Below, in pieces: positions 23,769 through 34,877 of a DNA stretch of 64,000 bases. The DNA is from Balanoglossus misakiensis (lineage: Eukaryota > Animalia > Hemichordata), in the NCBI GenBank assembly GCA_040954595.2, contig CM082597.2, positions 7,956,343 to 8,020,342 on the forward strand, in the 5' to 3' direction. Made by a program: the position numbers and the translations under genes. The first letter of the stretch is position 1; the number at the start of each line of letters is the position of its first letter. A model generated the notes under the pieces. It saw nothing but the letters and a program-made list of their open reading frames with translations, was not told where the DNA came from and made no database searches.

Positions 23769-24768
23769 TTTGCTTCCTTCACAGGGAATGGTACTTCCCA
23801 TGACCACTGGTGGCTACAAGCATGCAAACTCGTTGGCAGTGCTTATTCAGCCAACACAGATCGTACATATGGCTCAGGTCAAAAAACTTACCTTCAGTTT
23901 TGTGATACAGTAGACGCATTACCATTCCCAGCATCAGAGAATGTTCTACTTATGTTTATTGCATACCTTCAAGAGGAAAGGAAACTAAAGTACAGTTCCA
24001 TTGTGACATACCTCTATTCAGTTCGGTCAATGCAAATCCAGGAAGGCTTACCTGATCCATTGCAGAACCGTCCACGCATTAACCTTGCACTACGTTCAGT
24101 CAAAAGATCACAAGGCCCAGAATCAACACAAAAACTGGCAATTACATTTGATTTACTGCAGAGGCTAGGGCCTCTATTTGACATTTCATGCACAAAAGAC
24201 TTAGTAGTGTGGACTGCAATGACCACAGCTTTCTTTGGCCTTTTCAGGTCTGGCGAACTTGTAATTAAGGATTTACCAATTATTCCAGCCACTGACTTAA
24301 CTGTAAGTGACATTACTTTTTCTAAACTGTCAGGGGCTAATGTAATCGCAGTTGTTCACCTTAAAAAGTCTAAGTGTGACCCATTTCGTAAAGGGGTCGA
24401 TGTCATCATTGGCTGCTCACATAACGCCATTTGTGCGGTGGATTTATTATCACGTTTACACTCACTGCGTATCCAAGCTGGGGCATCACCCAATGACCCT
24501 TTCTTTTTACTACCTGGTAATGTACCTCTTACTAGGCAGATCTTTATTAGACACCTCAAGCATTCAATTGGCCAGATAGGACTGGACCCTAATGCATACA
24601 GCGGTCATAGCTTTCGCAGTGGGGGTGCAACATCAGCAGCAGCAGCCGGTGTATCCGACTGGGAGATCAAAGTCATGGGCCGCTGGTTCCAGCAACTGTT
24701 ACAAGCGCTATATTCGCACTCCAAGACAAGTGTTATCAACGTTTGCTGAACGTATGATCCTTACATGA
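23769..24768 (+). pseudogene. Ngaro ORF3 tyrosine recombinase with a +1 frameshift near 24687
   Basis: SANTDRTY N-terminal helix, FFGLFRSGEL, KKSKCD, GHSFRSG, GRW. Removing one T at 24687-24688 restores WSSNCYKRYIR, ending at TGA 24766-24768. Confidence 0.88.
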
Positions 24769-24904
24769 TTGGTCTTAATCTATCAGATTAACATGCCTGA
24801 TTGAGTAATTGTTTGTAGCTTGTCCACAGTTCTTTTTTCACTGTTACTGTTATTATTGTTGTTTATATTAGATGACACATACACATGCATGATGTTGGGA
24901 GTTT

Positions 24905-25025
24905 GGGCAGCCTTGTACTCAAATGTACAATTTCTTCTTCTTCAGTTCATTAAAAATGGTTGCCCATTGCGCCCATTCATCTAGTGTGTGTATGTGTGCT
25001 CATTTAATGAGAGAAATTGCACTAA
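24905..25025 (+). repeat. Ngaro repeat B1 (121 bp)
   Basis: Matches 25288-25408 with 1 mismatch; abuts A2. Confidence 0.95.
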
Positions 25026-25196
25026 TGCATCTTTAGAATTTATTTTAAAGTGTTTTAGTTGCTGCTCGGTATAGACAGCGCCCTCATTAGTACCAGCCCT
25101 ACTCCTTACGTTTTTGTATTACTGCGCATGTGCAAATGATACGGCTGTACTGCCGCGCTCATCAACGGACTCGTTACTTAGTCTTGCAAGAGACCA
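25026..25196 (+). repeat. Ngaro repeat A2
   Basis: Direct copy of 20956-21126. Confidence 0.95.
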
Positions 25197-25287
25197 AAAT
25201 ATCATCACCCACCCTCCCACTGCCTTATTTAGGCATATATATTAACCAGTCATGTGTTCTCTACTCTTCAATCACTTTGTGACCTTA

Positions 25288-25408
25288 GGGCAGCCTTGTA
25301 CTCAAATGTACAATTTCTTCTTCTTCAGTTCATTAAAAATGGTTGCCCATTGCGCCCATTCATCTAGTGTGTGTATGTGTGCTCATTTAATGAGAGGAAT
25401 TGCACTAA
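25288..25408 (+). repeat. Ngaro repeat B2 (right terminus)
   Basis: Direct copy of 24905-25025. Confidence 0.95.
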
Positions 25409-27804
25409 ATAATTTTTAATCTTGTTATCTAACAAGATTATGCTATCTTGTGTAGCTAGTGTACTTTACATACTTCTCTTGTTTGTAACTTGGACGTTTT
25501 TGTTTCTTGTGTTGACAGGACCAAGACATCTCCTGTACAACTGTCACATGTCCAGCACCGTGTGAGAACCCAGTGCGAGTACCAAACCAGTGTTGTCAAG
25601 CATGTATTTGGTTGTGAATTCAGAGGTGTCACTTATAAGGAAAGTGCTATTTTTAAACCAGATGAAGACCAATGTTTGGAATGCCAGTGTTCGGTAAGAT
25701 GGACATCTTAATGTGCGAATTCTTGTCTTATTCTCCAAATACAACCAAAATGTGTATACAATATTTATAATGACAACTTTAATTTGTGTTGTCAAGGAAA
25801 CAGAGCATTAAACTACAAATGAAACAACAACTAATTTATATTCAACAAATGACAATTTTTGTTCCATTAACCATAGACAGAAATTCATCATGAACAAAAA
25901 GGATATAAAGATGTAAAATAATTGTATCAGCTTTGAAGAGACAATGAATTTCTTGCGAGCTTTTTACTCTGTGCTACGATCAAAGCACTGAAAAAAAACA
26001 GGTTAAAATCTCATTCTGGTGTGTTTTCATAAGAATTTTTTAAGGATAGCAAAGTGTGTACCACAAGAACAAAAACAGTTCAGAAATGCATGGCAGTGAT
26101 CTTAATTGGGCAGCCAGGCCGTGTATGATACATAAAAAATGCATGGATGTGAGGGCTCTCTTTCGCATGAAGTTGAATGGGAACATGATGCCAGTGTATG
26201 ATAATTCTCCCTACCTTAAATAGGTTTTAAGCTACCTAAGTGAGTGGTGAAAATCTCAAATGGTCGACGCAATTCAAGATGGCCGTTTTTTGCCATGTTT
26301 AAACAATGGGAGTTCATAAGCTGAAGTGTTGATGGGTCATTTTGAAACTTTGTAACAGAAAAAATAACAAAATGTGAAAAAAGTTTAATAAGTTTAATAT
26401 GGTAACTACAAAGACAGACATGTTTGACCAGAGAAAGTCATGAAATACAGTAAAAATATCATTTCTTCTATCTCTTACTACAGTGGGTTGTCGACTTTTG
26501 GTCCAGAATGCAGTGTGATTTGACCCCCTAGCGCAAAGTGAAAACCTATTTAAGGCGACCAGAATGGTGCACATACACCAGATTGAATCATATAACTTGT
26601 GATTACAGGAAGGAATATTGCTGTGTCTACCAACACTGAATTGTCCTCCAGAGAGAGTCACAGTAGAAAAATCTGCATGTTGCCCAACATGTACAGGTCA
26701 GTGTTTTTTAAACTCTGTGTAAAAAAAATTCTGACAAAATTTATACACTTGTTGAAGAGACAGAAATATAAAAATGAAATTCATTTCTGAAAGTCCTGCA
26801 ATATTGTTGATGTTTTTGACACAAGATCTGCATAATCACTCTCAGGAAATGTCAGTTGTTGGCTTCAAAAGTCATAGAAAACTAATGAAAAAAATTGAGA
26901 AAATTGAATTTTTTTTACTGAAAGCCCTGGAAAACTATTGAAAAAAACTTGCATTTCCTGGATATGAACCATGAGATGAATGGTCTGAAAGTTGTACACT
27001 CTGATTGGCTTTGAGACTCATGTGACCTCACATCAATCATGCTCACTTGTGAATATATGTGTGTCGTATAATGTTTTCTTTATCCTATATAGGAGAGCCT
27101 TTGGAAAGAGTTTGTGAGAGTAATACAACAGGCATTGTATATCAGAATGGCACAGAATTTAAACTCAATCCTTGTACATCATGTATGTGTATGGTAAGTG
27201 AATAACCCAGATGCAAGTCTTACATGTATTTTAACCTTTCACCCCATTTCCCTCTTTGGAAGTCCAACTTTACCATAGAAAACAATGGATTTGGACCAAC
27301 CATGTTGGCGTAAGGGTTGAAGTTAGATCTCCCTGCAGTTAGACATCCACAAAACTGTTGCAAAGAAAATAAAGTACTTTGATTTAAAAAAGTGTCAATC
27401 GCAATCAAAAGTGGTGAATTGTAAATAACGGTCCAGCATTCATTGTTCAATTTTTACTGATGTTGATAGATATGTTTTTGTGTGAATTTTAACAAGTGTA
27501 TGATCAATGGTAACCATATGAGTTGTTGTCTTATTGTCTCTGTGTGTATTTTCTGTCAGGATGGTCATGTTTCATGTGATGTCAAATTGTGTCCTGAGTT
27601 AGAATGTAACGAAGATAGAATCCTACGTGATGCAGGTGAATGCTGTCCACGCTGTGCAAGTAAGTTTTTTTTATGTACATCAACTAACAGTGTTCAATCA
27701 TGCAATGCGTGTCTGTGGTAACTTTTTACAACACAAAAAGTTTCAATACAACTGAGCGTATGTATTCCTTGATACAATTTATTGCTCACAGTGACAACTG
27801 TAAA

Positions 27805-28127
27805 AGGCCAATGATCGTCTTATGCACATGTGTGTATTTAATGTGTACAAACATTACATCCAATCCAAGTGTTCTGCAAAGTTTGCGTTCAATACATTCA
27901 AATAGTGGACTGCCTTCGCTTCCTTCTATATTTCATGTTCACCCAGACTTTAGTTTTGTCCCTTCTTTTCATCCAATTTGCTGTTTTTTCCCAATCAGTC
28001 ACAGATTATGGTTGCCGCCATGTTGTCTGTTGTCAGGACAGCACACTGCCTTATGGCAATGACGGTATACAATTTATGTAACGAGAGTCTCTGGTTTGGC
28101 ACATGCACATAAGATGATCACTGCCCT
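27805..28127. mobile_element. Kolobok-like MITE (M5); related copies near 15675-15990 and inverted near 28200-28435, plus unit-2 counterparts
   Basis: AGGCCAATGATCGTCTTATG ... CATAAGATGATCACTGCCCT|TTAA; shared core AATAGTGGACTGCCTTCG. Confidence 0.6.
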
Positions 28128-28704
28128 TTAAAGAACCTAGCTCGTGTCACACGCATGTTCCAGCTGTAGCCGCTGGTTACAGACATTTAGTGAACAGTCA
28201 ATCCCATAAGGCAGTGCTCTGTCCTAACAACAGACAAGATGGTGGCGACCATAATCTATGTCGGAGATCGTGAGAAAACACCAGCTTGGGTAAAAAGGAG
28301 GGACAAAACCAGAATCTACTTATACGGTGCGCATGAAATATGGAAGGAAGCGAAGGCAGTCCACTATTTGAATGCATCAAACGGAAAATTTGCTGGGAAG
28401 TTACACACATGCGCGTGAGACGATCTATTGCCTTTAAGAGAGTACTAGTATTCAGAACATTTCAGAAGTCAGTGACTTTCCACTTCCTCTAGATAATACC
28501 ACCAGTTGTCATGTTCCATTTACAGGTCCTTTGGAATGTAGCTTTGAGAATCAGATTTACAAAACTGGTGAACAGTTTGTTCCATTGGCTGATCCTTGCA
28601 GCCTTTGCACATGTCTGGTAAGTTTCTGATCTAACACTTCGTCTTCTGGTGAACCTCTAATGTTTGTTGCGTGTAGTTTATTATTATAACCGTGTTCCAA
28701 ACTA

Positions 28705-28913
28705 CTGTAAAACACTTTATTTTTGCGAGTTGAAATTTTCGCGATATCGAGAGAGGCCACTGTTTCGCTAGTATTAATTTTCGCGTTCTCTCATTTCATT
28801 CACTGCATCATTATCTTCGACAACAATTTATGCCACTTTTTATTTTCACGCTATTTTGGTTCTCGCGTATTTCGCGAAAAATTTATTGCTCACGAAAATA
28901 ACATGTTTTACAG
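28705..28913 (-). mobile_element. MITE M1 copy (counterpart 50119-50327)
   Basis: TA-flanked TIRs, inverted orientation. Confidence 0.85.
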
Positions 28914-29649
28914 TAATTCCACATTTCAAAAATAATACTTTCTCTTTTTGAAAACATCAAGTTGATGGAAACACTTATGTCTGTTGATGAAAACCTAAGA
29001 TTTAAAAGAAATTCTGAAAATTTATCGAAAATTCTGAAATTGGTTCAGTACCTGCAAGCAAACACTTTGAATGGCACATTTTCCCTATCAAAGTTTAATG
29101 CGACATTTTCACATAACTTGTATAACTTGTTGAATAATGTTGCTATTTTTCCTGTATATTCACTGTACAGATTATTGAAAACATTTCATCCTCTCCGTCG
29201 ACCTGTTTTATGTCATACAATGTTTTCTGAATTTCTGTTAAGGATGGAGAGGTAACCTGTGATAGACCCAATTGTGAACAAATCAACTGTGATCTAGAAA
29301 ACCAGATTTTACCACATGGCAGTTGGTGTCCAAAATGTACTGTGGAATCTTATTGTATGTACAAAGGCAGGAGATATCAGGTAACAATTTAATTTCTAAG
29401 ATATATGATAAATTTTCTGAAAAAAATGGATTCTGGTGAGACTTCACAATGCAAGACGAGCTGTGCCATTGGTGTTAGCTCACCAGCAATTTATGCCAGT
29501 CTTTGCACCAAGTGGCATACACCTCTTTTTATTTGTTTGGAACGCATTATCATGCAAGTAATCTGCAAAAAACCAAGTGGAAATACGAGAGAGGTAAGGA
29601 GAATGGTCATAAGTGTAGCACAGCAAATGTATAATGAAATGTAAATTAA

Positions 29650-29946
29650 CAATAACGCTGCCAAGTCAGTTGAAACTCGGTGCCTAGAATCCTGGCTCCC
29701 AAGCCTGTTAGACTGCCAAGTGCGTGTTAATCAGTAGGGCCTATCCAAGACCCTCAGACCAATACAGTACAAACCAGTGCAATCTGGTTCATTTTCTGGG
29801 AGGTTCAGACTGCCAAGTGTGTCTAGGTACGTATGAGAGCCATGTTAAGACAGTCAAAATACATTATAGAAGATAAAATGGCAAATACGTATTTTATTTA
29901 AGGGACTTGAGACTCTGAACAGGTATGACACCCAGTAGCATTAGGG
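29650..29946. mobile_element. piggyBac-like MITE (M4); related copies near 11580-11891, 37300-37610, 50971-51264, 58785-59095
   Basis: TTAA|C(A)..TAACGCTGC ... GTAGCATTAGGG|TTAA. Confidence 0.6.
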
Positions 29947-30631
29947 TTAATTATGACAGACCAATTATACACACACGATCTGCATACCGGGTTTCCAGCA
30001 AAATTTGAACTTTCACTTTTCAGTCTGGTGAAACTTGGCATGTGGGGTGCGACATCTGTGATTGCTTCAATGGTAAAGAGAGCTGCGTTCAAGAAGTCTG
30101 TCAACCTTTGACTTGCTCAGCGGTAAGTTTATCAGTCATGAATTCAATAGTGTATGGTCAGACTACAGTTTTGCTTTGTTTTACTTTATGGGCCTGAGAG
30201 CAATAGTTTTAAATGACAAGTAACTCTAACTTTGTGCTGTTTTCTGAATATTTTTGTTTTGGGTATCAACTGAGGTTTCTTGGTCAACTCCATAAAACAT
30301 ATTAAAGAATTCTCATCATTTGTTTTTTTTTCAAGAAAGCCCTTTTGTATTAGTTCCCATTATTTGGATTTTCAAGACAGCCCTTTTGTAGTAATCAAAC
30401 CAAACAAACCAAACAACTTTCTCAATTGTTTAGCATCTGAAATAAATGTACTTCATTCAAGTGTCCATCAGAAATTGATCAATTCACAATCACTGTTTTG
30501 AACAGAAATGATAAATTTGTTATATGTTAATTCTAAATAGCGGCACATTCGTTTATAAGGTTCAGTATTATGGAAGAGGGATGTTCCATTCACTTACATT
30601 TTACCCATTTCAAATTTTTTCTATACAATTA

Positions 30632-30716
30632 CAGTGAAATCTGTCATTAAGGACACCTCTGCAATAAGGACAGTCTTTCTGTTCCTGAAGGTGTCTTTAA
30701 TAGACAGGTTTCTCTG
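30632..30716. mobile_element. Short Tigger/pogo-like MITE (counterpart 51950-52034)
   Basis: TA|CAGTGAAATCTGTC ... GACAGGTTTCTCTG|TA. Confidence 0.7.
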
Positions 30717-31373
30717 TATTAAAAATTTGAAGACACTGTGCTATAGATGTTTTATTGTGTGTCTTCTCAGTGGATATAAAATTTGTATTTACTGTGGTAA
30801 TAACTCATTTGTTGTTTATATTTCCAGGAAGAAGAGATCGGCCATATTGATGGTGAATGCTGCCAGAAATGTGTTCCAAGTGAGTCTAATTATCAATATA
30901 TTATGAGGTTATTAAAAACTGACAGCCAAGTTTACACGAAAACATAGTGGAGGCTGACGTGTGTCACTTATGTCTGGGTGCATACTATACCATATTTAGA
31001 CATAATGTGATCATAATGTGTCATAAACCCAGGAAATGTTACCAAAGTCGATAAAACTAGATTTCAAAGGGGAGCAACAGTCTAAGGATTTGGACTTGTT
31101 TACAAAATTCAAGAGATATAAGAAATTGTTATGTGAAACAACGCCAGCCAGATTGCCTTTGGAAGTCCTTCAAACAATCAAATGTGTGCAATCAGAAAGA
31201 GTAGTCAAATAGAGACACTGAATGTGATTCTGGGACCTCAAAACTGTCCAGAATGTGTTACGTACATAATAAGCATTCTTTGAATATCATTTGTTTACAA
31301 ATTTTTGGTAACATTTGACGTCTGTTGTTACAATGCTGCGATCATAGCAACATTCTTCGGTAGACACTCTCAA

Positions 31374-31541
31374 AGGTATACAGTCACCTATGGAAAATCA
31401 GCAATAGTTACAATGGCAAATTGAGGACTAGCTACCAATCACAGATTTTCAGTGGGTGGCACACGCGTAAAAAAAGAGTGCCACCATGTGTTCTATAGAA
31501 CGCTCAAATACGCCATTTCAGCCATATATGGGCGTATGCCT
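31374..31541 (+). mobile_element. Kolobok-like MITE (M6); an inverted truncated copy lies at 32858-32989
   Basis: AGGTATAC ... GTATGCCT|TTAA; ~130 bp reverse-complement match to 32858-32989. Confidence 0.65.
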
Positions 31542-31572
31542 TTAAGTCTTTCTGCATTCCGTCTTTTTACAG

Positions 31573-31869
31573 AATCTGCCTCGTGTATTGTATTTGGAGA
31601 TCCTCATTACCGGACATATGATGGGAAATTCTTCTCCTTCCAAGGGACATGTACCTATGTCTTATCACAAGATTGTTATCAGAATAACTTTAAGATTATA
31701 GTTCAGAATGATGGCAAGAGTACCTATGCTGTTGCCTGGACACAAGTCATTCAGATCAGACTAGTTGATTGGGTGATCAACCTAATGCCAGATTTGACAG
31801 TAAGTGTCAATGGAGGCCTGGTAGAATTACCTTACTTGCAGGAACCAGATCTAAGAATACAAAAAATAG
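31573..31869 (+). CDS. VWD-domain exon with GDPH motif (unit-2 copy 52887-53183)
   Basis: SCIVFGDPHYRTYDGKFFSFQGTCTYVLSQDC; both copies are 297 bp with AG/GT ends. Confidence 0.9.
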
Positions 31870-32277
31870 GTAAGTCAATCAAATTTTAGGTCGAACTTAA
31901 CCCTTTTTATACCTAGATATGTCTTCATTGTTTAGCCAACTTAAAACATGTAACCACATTCAAAGGGCTGACATATACCAGGTTCAGACAGGGAAAAAAT
32001 TGAGACACTATTTGCCTATGGTAAACACAAAGCATTATCCTTTCAGTCGCTTGGGTCCACACACACAAAGTTTATGTATAGGCGCTGAGGCTCGGCCCCA
32101 TAGACAGTGGGTTGTGGAGAGGTGTTAATTCTTACACCAGCTCTGCTCAGGGAACATATTTGAAGTATTTTAGTGTCGAAAAAATATGTGAAATTTGGCA
32201 GCTATAAGGGCTTTAATGGACATATAACCTGATTTATATCAACATACTTGTTTTACATCGTAACATGACAGGGTTGA

Positions 32278-32418
<141 letters not shown>

Positions 32419-33045
32419 TAAGTCATTTGGTTGTACAATGTGAGAGTCTGTCTTCAATATACGCATCAGGGTTCGTACAGTGTTAACTCCTGAAACATTA
32501 GTAATAGTATTATCAATTTTCAATCCAAACTCTGAAATTCCCTGGAAAGTCACTGCAGGAAACACGACAATTCTGGAAAATTAAGAGACTTCAAACATCT
32601 GTCTTGCTGTCTCTCTTTTCCTCATGCCTATTTTTCTACTTTGAGCATTTTAGAGTAAAAACAGTGTATATGTATTAGTAATACTACTGTAAAACACTTT
32701 ATATTTGCGAGCAATAATTTTTTGCGAAATACACGAGAGCTAAAATAGCATGAACATAAAAAGTTGCATATTTTTTTTTGAAGATAACAATGCAGTGAAT
32801 AAAATAAGAGAACGCGAAAATTAATACTCGCTAAACAGTGGCCTCTCTCAATATCGCGAAATGGCATATTTGAGAACATATGGTGACGCTCTTTTTTTCG
32901 CGTGTGCCACTCACTGAAAATGTGTGATTGGCTAATTCTCAATTTACCATGGTAACTATTGCTAATTTTCCATAGGTGACTGTATACCTTTAAACAGTTT
33001 CTCATTGTAAATGACCCGTTGTTATTTTTGTTTGGTTTTACACAG

Positions 33046-33223
33046 GGACCATTATTTCGGCCAGCCCATGGCGTAGTAAACCCAGCTCCGTTCTATGAAT
33101 TGTGTTTGTCTGATATGTGTGCATGTCCTGTGCATGAAAAGTGTCTATGTGATGTATTGTTTGCCTATGCCTATGAAGCCAGGAGGAAGGGGATTGTGCT
33201 GGACTTGAGAAAATCGTCCTGTG
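33046..33223 (+). CDS. C8-domain exon (unit-2 copy 54359-54536)
   Basis: FYELCLSDMCACPVHEKCLCDVLFAYA...G..(W/L)R..C, phase-1 donor GTGAG. Confidence 0.85.
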
Positions 33224-33254
33224 GTGAGTACAAATCAATATTACGATCACCTAT

Positions 33255-33907
33255 TAGTCTAGTAAATCTACGAGATTTGGGCACCTAACCCACCACAAAT
33301 TGCAACCGAATTTTTTTTTCAGAATATATTTCGGAGAGGTGTCTAGAACAACATATCAAAAATGCACCCGAATCCACCTTGTGGAAATATGTCTAATTTG
33401 CATAAATTTAATAATTTTTGGGCCAAATATCAAGAAATAAACATGATTTTTCCATGATTTTAAAGTTTAAAAATATTTCATGTGCATGAAAAACCATTTT
33501 GGATTAATATTTGACATGGGCAGTTTTCATAATTTGCATAAATTCAATATGGTGAACAGTATTCCTAAAAAAACATATTTGGGCAGTATATCGGGTAATA
33601 CGCAGGCAATTCTAGTGTTTTTTTTTATTCAAAACTACCTCTATGACATATGGCAGACAGTATTCCTAAATGTTTTGTCATGAACATGAAATAGTTTTTA
33701 AACTTTAAAATCATGGAAAAGCGTTTATTTCTTGATATTTGGCCCCAAAATCTCTAATATTAAATTTATGCAAATTAGACATATTTCCACAAGGTGGATT
33801 CGGGTGCATTTTTAATATGTTGTTCTAGACACCTCTCCAAAGTATATTCTGAAGAAAAAAATTCTGTTGCAATTTGTGGTGGGTCTAGCCCTATATTTAC
33901 TAGACTA
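33255..33907. mobile_element. Foldback (long inverted repeat) element; unit-2 copy 54568-55323 has different internal deletions
   Basis: TAGTCTAGTAAAT ... ATTTACTAGACTA termini and arms complementary over more than 200 bp (CCCACCACAAATTGCAAC / GTTGCAATTTGTGGTGGG). Confidence 0.8.
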
Positions 33908-34214
33908 TATTTGCCAGATGTTTAAACCCTCTCACCCCTGTATCCCTGTATTGAGGTCCATCTTTGTCATAGGAAACAGTGGCTTTGGATCAAAACATGT
34001 GGTGAAAGGGTTAAAGGTGCACATTCATGGCGGAGAGCACATTGTTGTAATGAAGTTTGAAAACAATAATTCATCAACAATGCAAGGTACAGAAGTGGTG
34101 TGAAATATACCCTTAAGTGGTAAAAAGTGTGTGGGCAAAATCTCTGATTGGCCATGTCTCAACTTTCCATGGTAACTGTGGCTAAATTTGCATACATTGT
34201 ATACTTCTTAACTA

Positions 34215-34418
34215 CTGTAAAACACTTTATTTTCGCGAGCAATAAATTTACGCGAACTACGCGAGAGCCAAAATAGCGTGAAAATAAAAAGTCGCGTAAA
34301 TTGTTTTGAAGATAACAATGCAGTGAATGAAATGAAACACAAAAATTAATACTCGCGAAACAGTGGCCTCTCTCGATATCGTGAAAATTTCGACTCGCGA
34401 AAATAAAGTGTTTTACAG
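34215..34418 (+). mobile_element. MITE M1 reference copy (204 bp, probably Tc1/mariner-pogo type) at the unit 1/2 junction
   Basis: Perfect 25-bp TIR CTGTAAAACACTTTATTTTCGCGAG with TA on both sides. About 20 copies in the window; others not listed separately are near 10926, 16398, 32687, 36559, 41715, 54000, 58046. Confidence 0.92.
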
Positions 34419-34877
34419 TATGACACAGATACACAGGTATTGTGTGAAACAGTGGGTAGGGCATCAAAACAAACTCCCTATGATGCAAGTTGTAAATACT
34501 GTGAAAAAATAGCTAAAAGTTAGAGCAACTGGGACTTTGAATGTTTTGGTCTTGCCATCAAAAAGGTGAAAACTTTCATAAGTTGTGTATGCATATTGCA
34601 ACAACAAAGCTTTGACCATTGAAATGTCACTTGAAACACGTGATGGATCGCTGTTCAAAACTCTAATGCTAATGACAATGTTAAGTCAACATTTTGCCCA
34701 TGATGCATTTTGTTAACTGGTTATTTTACAGTAAATGGTGCTATAGAATAATGATGTTGTGTATCAAAATATCAAATATTCTGATTCTGTGATATTTGAA
34801 TGTGGAGAATTAAGTATTACCTGATAAAGTATGATTTCATCAGACATCTTTTGAATGTGTTTTGATTGTTTTTACAG

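Larger units (their letters stand above)
20956..25408 (+). mobile_element. Ngaro-type tyrosine-recombinase (DIRS order) retrotransposon, full length, intronic
   Basis: Split direct repeats A1-ORFs-B1-A2-B2; gag, RT/RNase H with no methyltransferase domain, YR; absent at the homologous site near 46832. Confidence 0.93.

Noticed and set aside
22065-24749. RT plus tyrosine recombinase as a new prokaryote-like system (retron, DGR or prophage)
   Set aside because: The gag-RT/RH-YR order with A1-B1-A2-B2 repeats is fully explained by the known Ngaro group.
28723-28935. Recurrent short ORFs such as MRVEIFAISREATV as a small-protein family
   Set aside because: They are translations of the non-coding M1 MITE; frames and stops differ among copies.
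32470-32585. PWKV-containing frame as the missing VWD-C8 linker exon
   Set aside because: It has no cysteines, no convincing donor and an early stop, and looks like repeat-derived intron sequence.
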